Below the pieces are notes generated by a model. The model was not told the DNA's origin. It was given only the letters and a program-made list of their open reading frames with translations, and ran no database searches. A DNA stretch of 18,974 bases, from positions 83,489-102,462 of IMG/VR virus record IMGVR_UViG_3300036876_000145. One strand, written 5' to 3'. Made by a program: the position numbers and the translations under genes. The DNA comes from a virus (Duplodnaviria > Heunggongvirae > Uroviricota > Caudoviricetes). Of this stretch, positions 4,569 through 8,453 are shown in pieces (the first letter of the stretch is position 1; each line of letters opens with the position of its first letter).

Positions 4569-5006
4569 GTGACAAGTCAAAAAGAAGTTCAAAGACAATT
4601 AGGAATGAGTCGAGGAACCGCCAACTACAGATTGGCGCGTCTTTTACTCTTCAAATACATGCAGCAAGCTGGGGCGGACAACTGTTTTCGCTGCGGTCTA
4701 AAGCTTGAAACGGTTGAAGATTTTAGTATTGAGCATAAAAAACCGTGGTTGTACGCATCCCCAGATTTATATTGGGATTTGGAAAATATTGCTTTTTCGC
4801 ATCGCGCATGTAATTCGGGCGCAGCTAGACAGATCAATAAGACCAAAATGAGTCTTAGATCAGTAGGACCGGAAGGAACAAGTTGGTGTACGGAACATAA
4901 ACAGTTTCTTTCAGTCGATGAATTTCAAAAAAATTCCGCTATTTGGAACGGCTTACAAAGGCAATGCAAAGAATGCCGACAAAAGCGAAATAAAAAGCGG
5001 GCTTAG
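4569..5006 (+). CDS. free-standing HNH homing endonuclease
   Basis: CFRCG...SIEHKKPW...NIAFSHRACN is an HNH motif, and a C-terminal CKEC adds a zinc-finger pair. The ORF is open from TTG 4533, but GTG 4569 has a GAGG SD 6 nt upstream. The TAG stop (5004-5006) lies inside tRNA-Gly. Confidence 0.88.
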   Translation: MTSQKEVQRQLGMSRGTANYRLARLLLFKYMQQAGADNCFRCGLKLETVEDFSIEHKKPWLYASPDLYWDLENIAFSHRACNSGAARQINKTKMSLRSVGPEGTSWCTEHKQFLSVDEFQKNSAIWNGLQRQCKECRQKRNKKRA

Positions 5007-5073
5007 CTCACGCTGGTAGAGCGCTGGTCTTCCAAACCGGAGGTAACGGGATCGTCGCCCGTAGTCCGCTCCA
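4997..5073 (+). tRNA. tRNA-Gly(UCC) with an unusual T loop ATCGTCG (A54/U58 swap); CCA encoded
   Basis: Acceptor GCGGGCT/AGTCCGC. D arm GCTC-ACGCTGGTA-GAGC. Anticodon arm CTGGT-CTTCCAA-ACCGG (TCC at 5031-5033). T stem ACGGG/CCCGT. U73 and CCA. The 5' end overlaps the HNH CDS by 10 nt. Confidence 0.85.
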
Positions 5074-5084
5074 AGTTTAGATAT

Positions 5085-5160
5085 GGCGCACTCTGCTAAC
5101 GGCTAGGCAACCACGTTCTCAGCGTGTGAAATGTGGGTTCAAATCCCGCGTGCGCTACCA
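5085..5160 (+). tRNA. tRNA-Glu(CUC), CCA encoded
   Basis: Acceptor GGCGCAC/GTGCGCT (G1:U72). D arm TGCT-AACGGCTA-GGCA. Anticodon loop TTCTCAG (CTC at 5118-5120). T arm GTGGG-TTCAAAT-CCCGC. A73 and CCA. Confidence 0.85.
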
Positions 5161-5167
5161 GATTTTG

Positions 5168-5222
5168 GCTGACCATGTTCGGCAAGGTCAGCGGTTGGGG
5201 GACATGGCTCAGTACAACCGCT
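5168..5222 (+). other. structured spacer in a tRNA-sized slot: two overlapping hairpins, no cloverleaf
   Basis: GCTGACC (5168-5174) pairs with GGTCAGC (5186-5192). AGCGGTTG (5190-5197) pairs with CAACCGCT (5215-5222). The loop of the second hairpin contains TGGCTCAGT, which resembles a D loop. Confidence 0.25.
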
Positions 5223-5231
5223 GATAACCGT

Positions 5232-5307
5232 GGGGCTATGGCGCAGTTGGGAGCGCGTAATCATGGCATGATTAAGGCCGTCGGTTCGAACCCGACTAGC
5301 TCCACCA
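5232..5307 (+). tRNA. tRNA-Ala(GGC), CCA encoded
   Basis: Acceptor GGGGCTA/TAGCTCC with G3:U70. D arm GCGC-AGTTGGGA-GCGC. Anticodon loop ATGGCAT (GGC at 5265-5267). T arm GTCGG-TTCGAAC-CCGAC. A73 and CCA. Confidence 0.93.
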
Positions 5308-5313
5308 GATTTT

Positions 5314-5388
5314 GCGGAAGTAGTTCAGCGGTAGAATATTTCCTTGCCAAGGAAGGGGTCGCGGGTTCAAATCCCGCCTTCCGCTCCA
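5314..5388 (+). tRNA. tRNA-Gly(GCC), CCA encoded
   Basis: Acceptor GCGGAAG/CTTCCGC. Anticodon loop TTGCCAA (GCC at 5346-5348). T arm GCGGG-TTCAAAT-CCCGC. U73 and CCA. Confidence 0.92.
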
Positions 5389-5399
5389 AGTTTAGAAGT

Positions 5400-5461
5400 T
5401 CATGGATGCCTAGATGTCGGTGGCTAACCGAAAGGTCGCGGGTTCAATGTCCGTTCCATGT
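5400..5461 (+). ncRNA. 62-nt truncated tRNA-like RNA with normal acceptor and T arms but no normal D-plus-anticodon region
   Basis: Acceptor CATGGA/TCCATG. T arm GCGGG-TTCAATG-TCCGT. The interior is only 31 nt and folds in one of two ways. Fold 1 is GCC-11 nt-GGC plus ACC-GAAA-GGT. Fold 2 is TCGGT-GGCTA-ACCGA with no D arm. It abuts the next tRNA with no spacer. Confidence 0.4.
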
Positions 5462-5537
5462 GGGGCTATAGCGCAGTTGGGAGCGCGTCTCGTTCGCAAC
5501 GAGAAGGTCGTGAGTTCGAATCTCACTAGCTCCACCA
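5462..5537 (+). tRNA. tRNA-Ala(CGC), CCA encoded
   Basis: Acceptor and D arm are nearly identical to Ala(GGC), with G3:U70. Anticodon loop TTCGCAA (CGC at 5495-5497). T arm GTGAG-TTCGAAT-CTCAC. A73 and CCA. Confidence 0.93.
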
Positions 5538-5544
5538 AGTTATT

Positions 5545-5617
5545 GCGGGTGTAGTTCAATGGTAGAATATTCGGTTCCCAACCGAAAGATTTGTCGGTTC
5601 GAGTCCGACCATCCGCT
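5545..5617 (+). tRNA. tRNA-Gly(CCC)
   Basis: Acceptor GCGGGTG/CATCCGC. D arm GTTC-AATGGTA-GAAT. Anticodon loop TTCCCAA (CCC at 5577-5579). T arm GTCGG-TTCGAGT-CCGAC. U73. CCA is not fully encoded. Confidence 0.88.
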
Positions 5618-5624
5618 CCGTTTT

Positions 5625-5768
5625 ATGAGAGAGTGTCCAAAGTGCGGTAAGAAAGAACAATGGGAAATCGGTTGGATTTCTACTACCAATGAATGGCGCT
5701 GGCATTGTCTGTCTTGTGATATTCGTTTTAATGATGATGGCGTAATTTACACACCAGAAAAAGTTTAG
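5625..5768 (+). CDS. 47-aa zinc-ribbon protein (MRECPKCGKKEQWEIGWISTTNEWRWHCLSCDIRFNDDGVIYTPEKV)
   Basis: A CPKC...CLSC pair of Cys knuckles. The track ORF 5559-5768 begins inside tRNA-Gly, so ATG 5625 is the first start outside it. No clear SD. Confidence 0.55.
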   Translation: MRECPKCGKKEQWEIGWISTTNEWRWHCLSCDIRFNDDGVIYTPEKV

Positions 5769-5787
5769 GGCCGTGGGACTGCATTGG

Positions 5788-5815
5788 GGTGGTTCGAATC
5801 TCACTAGCTCCACCA
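5788..5815 (+). pseudogene. orphan 3' fragment of tRNA-Ala (T loop, acceptor 3' strand and CCA)
   Basis: 5792-5819 is a perfect 28-nt copy of 5514-5541, the 3' end of tRNA-Ala(CGC) plus its spacer. No matching 5' half or cloverleaf lies upstream. Confidence 0.6.
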
Positions 5816-5822
5816 AGTTTAC

Positions 5823-5926
5823 GTAGGCTTCCGAGGGATACCTCGGTGACAGTTGTTCTGAGGTCATCTCTTCATGAGGGGCTGAACAGGGAACGGCAGC
5901 GTGGGGAAACCCACAAGCCTACACCA
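5823..5926 (+). ncRNA. 104-nt tRNA-shaped RNA of unrecognised family: 8-bp acceptor-like stem plus A-CCA, SelC-like 6-bp/4-nt D arm, long anticodon-like arm with loop CUUCAUG, and a GAAA-capped T-arm substitute
   Basis: GTAGGCTT (5823-5830) pairs with AAGCCTAC (5915-5922), then A and CCA. D arm CCGAGG-GATA-CCTCGG at 5831-5846. TGTTC 5854-5858 pairs with GAACA 5884-5888, stacked on an imperfect stem 5862-5869/5877-5883 with loop 5870-5876. GTGGG-GAAA-CCCAC at 5901-5914. The flanking spacers match those of real tRNAs in the array. Confidence 0.5.
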
Positions 5927-5929
5927 TTT

Positions 5930-6005
5930 GCGCTGTTAGATTAGCGGTAAAATCGTCACCATGACAAGGTGAAAATCGGGGGTTCGATTCCCTCACGGCG
6001 CACCA
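5930..6005 (+). tRNA. tRNA-Val(GAC), CCA encoded
   Basis: Acceptor GCGCTGT/ACGGCGC. D arm GATT-AGCGGTAA-AATC. Anticodon loop ATGACAA (GAC at 5963-5965). T arm GGGGG-TTCGATT-CCCTC. A73 and CCA. Confidence 0.92.
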
Positions 6006-6017
6006 GTTTTTAAATAT

Positions 6018-6095
6018 GGCGTTGTCTTCTAAATGGTCTAGGAAAACTGACTTTCAATCAGTGGAATGCCGGTTCAACTCCGGTCAACGCTACCA
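6018..6095 (+). tRNA. tRNA-Glu(UUC), CCA encoded
   Basis: Acceptor GGCGTTG/CAACGCT (G1:U72). Anticodon arm ACTGA-CTTTCAA-TCAGT (TTC at 6053-6055). T arm GCCGG-TTCAACT-CCGGT. A73 and CCA. Confidence 0.85.
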
Positions 6096-6102
6096 GAATT
6101 GA

Positions 6103-6177
6103 GAGGGAGTAGCTCAGCGGTAGAGCAGAATATTGCCAATATTCAGGTCGCGGGTTCAACTCCCGTCTCCCTCTCCA
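6103..6177 (+). tRNA. second tRNA-Gly(GCC), CCA encoded
   Basis: Acceptor GAGGGAG/CTCCCTC. D arm GCTC-AGCGGTA-GAGC. Anticodon loop TTGCCAA (GCC at 6135-6137). T arm GCGGG-TTCAACT-CCCGT. U73 and CCA. Confidence 0.92.
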
Positions 6178-6226
6178 ACATTTATGCGAATCTATTCAAA
6201 AGTTTATTTTCGCTTTATGGTGTGTT

Positions 6227-6382
6227 ATGAGAAAACTAAAGAGACTAAGCAAGGTCAAACTCGTGAAGGAAATGTCCAGGGAGAGGGTGCCAGTCCCCGC
6301 GACCCGCAAGATTGAAAATAAGAAAAAGAAATTTTTGCGTTACTTAGAAACACATTGGCAGGAAGATGAATTGGGGGTATAG
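6227..6382 (+). CDS. 51-aa highly basic ORF (MRKLKRLSKVKLVKEMSRERVPVPATRKIENKKKKFLRYLETHWQEDELGV), hypothetical
   Basis: Own translation; below the track cutoff. The stop TAG (6380-6382) lies inside the next tRNA-Ala. No clear SD. A 43-codon alternative frame starting at ATG 6184 looks less protein-like. Confidence 0.3.
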   Translation: MRKLKRLSKVKLVKEMSRERVPVPATRKIENKKKKFLRYLETHWQEDELGV

Positions 6383-6448
6383 CTCAGCTGGGAGAGCGCA
6401 TCGTTTGCAACGATGAGGTCGTCGGTTCGATCCCGTCTACCTCCACCA
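6373..6448 (+). tRNA. tRNA-Ala(UGC), CCA encoded
   Basis: Acceptor GGGGGTA/TACCTCC with G3:U70. D arm GCTC-AGCTGGGA-GAGC. Anticodon loop TTTGCAA (TGC at 6406-6408). T arm GTCGG-TTCGATC-CCGTC with one U:U mismatch. A73 and CCA. Confidence 0.9.
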
Positions 6449-6463
6449 AAATTTAGGGGATGT

Positions 6464-6823
6464 ATGTTAAAGGAATTAAACGACTACAACTGGGCTGAAG
6501 TATTTGGTGAGGGAAGCGGTGGAAACTGCTTTTCGATCAAGCCAAATCGTGCCCCACAAGATACGGAGACATCCATTGGTACGTTTTCCCGCGAGGATGT
6601 AAAAAAACTCTATGGGCAATCTGACGGTGAAAATGATGAACAAAGTTGGGTATGTTGGGGTAAACTAAAAGACGGTCGCTGGTTTGTTGCTCGTGGCGAC
6701 TGCGATTACACCGGCTGGGATTGCAGTGCATCTAATAGCGGAGATGTTGCATCGTCTAAAAAAGATATTATCCGTTTTGGGCTTGATGCTAACGAGCGAT
6801 CACGTTTTAATTTGACGATTTAA
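6464..6823 (+). CDS. hypothetical protein, 119 aa (MLKELNDYNWAEVFGEGSGGNC...WVCWGKLKDGRWFVARGDCDYTGWDC...)
   Basis: The track ORF 6413-6823 starts inside tRNA-Ala. ATG 6464 follows an AGGGGA SD at 6455-6460. The stop is TAA. No family recognised. Confidence 0.7.
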   Translation: MLKELNDYNWAEVFGEGSGGNCFSIKPNRAPQDTETSIGTFSREDVKKLYGQSDGENDEQSWVCWGKLKDGRWFVARGDCDYTGWDCSASNSGDVASSKKDIIRFGLDANERSRFNLTI

Positions 6824-6845
6824 AATTTTGATTACGGCTCACAGC

Positions 6846-7019
6846 CTATCTTCCTCGTAATCTCTGCCGTAATTTAGTCATAGGGTTATGCGCCACTTTA
6901 GCTGCCCTCTTAACCACGGGGCAATCACTCATTTTTTTAGCACAACGTGGTAAATCTCCTCGCTGCCCCCACACCTTACCTGGTTGACCGCATCCGTATT
7001 GACAGTAAACTTCATCCAT
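6846..7019 (-). CDS. 57-aa Cys-rich basic protein (MDEVYCQYGCGQPGKVWGQRGDLPRCAKKMSDCPVVKRAAKVAHNPMTKLRQRLRGR), probable zinc-binding
   Basis: Own base-by-base reverse translation; below the track cutoff. It has a C-x3-C...C-x6-C arrangement. Two TATAAT boxes lie just upstream on the minus strand, inside the tandem repeat. Confidence 0.5.
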   Translation of the reverse strand: MDEVYCQYGCGQPGKVWGQRGDLPRCAKKMSDCPVVKRAAKVAHNPMTKLRQRLRGR

Positions 7020-7032
7020 ATTAAATACATGC

Positions 7033-7070
7033 GGTATTATAGATAATGGGGTATTATAGATAATGGGGTA
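7033..7070. repeat. 17-bp tandem direct repeat (GGTATTATAGATAATGG x2 plus a partial copy) in a divergent promoter region
   Basis: Copies at 7033-7049 and 7050-7066, with a partial copy at 7067-7070. Each unit carries GATAAT on the + strand and TATAAT on the - strand. Confidence 0.8.
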
Positions 7071-7073
7071 CTT

Positions 7074-7766
7074 ATGCCAAAAATAGTTTTTATTTCAGAT
7101 ACTCATGGGTTACACGGTCAGATGCAGGTGCCCGAAGGAGATATTTTAGTTCATGCTGGAGATATGACTAATGTAGGGCGTATAAATGAAGTTGCTGCCT
7201 TGGGCGTATGGCTCCGTGAAATGGAAAAACGTTTTAAATTTATCGTGATCGTCGCGGGTAATCACGATTGGCTTTTTCAGAAAAATAGAGCCTTGGCTGA
7301 AAGCCTGATAAATCAAGGTACAATGGGAGAAGCTACGGGTAAAATCATCTATTTACAAGATAGTGGAGTTACAATTGATGGCTTAAAAATACATGGAAGT
7401 CCTCAAACTCCTTGGTTTTTTGATTGGGCCTTTAATGTACGCCGAGGAGAACTTAAGCCCTATTGGGATAAGATCCCTGAAGGTCTGGACATATTAATTA
7501 CTCACGGTCCTCCCAGTGGTATACTGGATCAAGCAGACCCTCATTTAGGCAGTGAACATGTAGGCTGTGAAGAACTTATGGAAGCGGTGGAGCGCACCAA
7601 ACCAAAAATCCATGTATTCGGACATATACATGGCGGGTATGGTAAAATGGAACATGTGAATACCACATTTATCAATGCTTCAATTTGCGATGAACGGTAC
7701 AAACCGATTAACGCCCCTTGGGTTATTGATATGGAGCCCCGTGATACACATGGCGAAGAAAAATAA
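7074..7766 (+). CDS. calcineurin-like metallophosphoesterase
   Basis: The motif series ISDTHG, HAGDMTN, VAGNHD, ITHGPP and VFGHIHG. Confidence 0.92.
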   Translation: MPKIVFISDTHGLHGQMQVPEGDILVHAGDMTNVGRINEVAALGVWLREMEKRFKFIVIVAGNHDWLFQKNRALAESLINQGTMGEATGKIIYLQDSGVTIDGLKIHGSPQTPWFFDWAFNVRRGELKPYWDKIPEGLDILITHGPPSGILDQADPHLGSEHVGCEELMEAVERTKPKIHVFGHIHGGYGKMEHVNTTFINASICDERYKPINAPWVIDMEPRDTHGEEK

Positions 7767-7938
7767 GCTACCTTCGGCGGCTTTATTGTTAAAAACTTTG
7801 GCTGGTGTAATGGCTATGGGATTACCTTACAAAAAAGGAATCTGTATATCTTGTGGGGTAACAGAAAGTAAAAAACATCACACTGACTGCTACTATCTAG
7901 ACGCTTTGAATTTGATAGTGAAATATTATAAGCCATGA
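7750..7938 (+). CDS. hypothetical 62-aa protein (MAKKNKLPSAALLLKTLAGVMAMGLPYKKGICISCGV...)
   Basis: This is the in-frame internal ATG of track ORF 7675-7938. It overlaps the phosphoesterase 3' end by 17 nt. No SD, so the call is weak. Confidence 0.4.
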   Translation: MAKKNKLPSAALLLKTLAGVMAMGLPYKKGICISCGVTESKKHHTDCYYLDALNLIVKYYKP

Positions 7939-7956
7939 ACGGTAGTTGAGGAGCGC

Positions 7957-7978
7957 AATCCCAGACTTTTAGTCTGGG
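7957..7978. repeat. hairpin repeat copy 1 (AATCCCAGACT-ttt-AGTCTGGG)
   Basis: The 8-bp perfect stem 7960-7967/7971-7978 sits 21 nt after the stop of the upstream ORF. A near-identical copy lies at 8180-8201. Confidence 0.7.
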
Positions 7979-8014
7979 CTAGCGAATGCCTTTGACTTTA
8001 GAAAGGAGGACACA

Positions 8015-8170
8015 ATGATTCAGTATCAACTCAAGTTGAGAATGTGCAAGTCGCAAGAACAACAATGCGAACAGTTTCTTTATCACCTGTCCTCTGTTTG
8101 GAACTGGGCGGTGAGGAAGATAGAACTCAGCGCGGCAGGATGTGCCGTCGAGGGTTACGCTTATGTGTAG
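8015..8170 (+). pseudogene. 51-aa ORF resembling the N-terminus of TnpB (IS200/IS605 OrfB family); a truncated relic
   Basis: MIQYQLKLRMCKSQEQQCEQFLYHLSSVWNWAVRKIEL fits the TnpB N-terminal pattern Y-K/x-hR-h...Q...L......V-Y/W-N-x-A. It has a strong AAAGGAGG SD. Full-length TnpB is about 400 aa, and here a stop comes after 51 codons. Confidence 0.45.
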
Positions 8171-8438
8171 CCGTTCAGGAATCCCAGACTTCAAGTCTGG
8201 GAGCATCAATAACGACCCTAAACTCGTAGCACTGGCTATACTTGTTCGAAAATACGGCACCAAAATATCTGGGGGTGCATACGAAATTTTCATTACCAGT
8301 GAAGATTTTGCAGATTTTTCTTCATTCGGTGAATTGGTTGAGACGAAGGATGAAGAACGCAAAAGACTCAGTTTGCGTTATTATCCTAATCCTACAATTG
8401 AAGGTGAAGGTGGACTTATTGAATCGACCGGGGGTTAA
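8163..8438 (+). CDS. hypothetical 91-aa protein (...NNDPKLVALAILVRKYGTKISGGAYEIFITSEDFADFSSFGELVETKDEERKRLSLRYYPNPTIEGEGGLIESTGG)
   Basis: Track ORF 8142-8438. ATG 8163 has a GAGGG SD 8 nt upstream. There is no in-frame ATG, GTG or TTG downstream of the hairpin until about 8334, so the start must lie upstream of hairpin 2. Confidence 0.45.
   Translation: MCSRSGIPDFKSGSINNDPKLVALAILVRKYGTKISGGAYEIFITSEDFADFSSFGELVETKDEERKRLSLRYYPNPTIEGEGGLIESTGG
8180..8201. repeat. hairpin repeat copy 2 (AATCCCAGACT-tca-AGTCTGGG)
   Basis: The 8-bp stem 8183-8190/8194-8201 sits 12 nt after the stop of the TnpB-like ORF. It lies inside the candidate CDS 8163-8438, where it encodes GIPDFKSGS. Confidence 0.7.
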
Positions 8439-8453
8439 ACATTCAGGTGAAAA

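Noticed and set aside
3172-4846. Antisense or nested ORFs 3172-3606 (-), 3242-3436 (+) and 4625-4846 (-)
   Set aside because: They lie inside the GIY-YIG and HNH coding regions, which have clear family motifs in the annotated frames.
5739-5815. Attempt to fold the orphan tRNA-Ala 3' fragment with upstream sequence into a full 77-nt tRNA
   Set aside because: The candidate 5' strand GGCGTAA pairs at only 5 of 7 positions. No D or anticodon stems can be formed from 5746-5787, which is also the 3' end of the Zn-ribbon CDS.
2199-5926. Genome-wide stop-codon reassignment (TAG or TGA), suggested by the in-frame TAG ORF and the UCA-loop RNA
   Set aside because: The methyltransferase, GIY-YIG, HNH and Zn-ribbon genes terminate sensibly at TAG. 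The AT-rich genes terminate at TAA, and the three giant ORFs contain no in-frame stops of any kind. Nothing in the window requires recoding, so only local read-through remains possible.
5133-6315. Track ORFs 5133-5471 (+), 5556-5867 (-) and 6133-6315 (+), and the 5' part of 5559-5768
   Set aside because: They span consecutive tRNA genes. Only the 5625-5768 Zn-ribbon portion lies outside tRNAs and looks protein-like.
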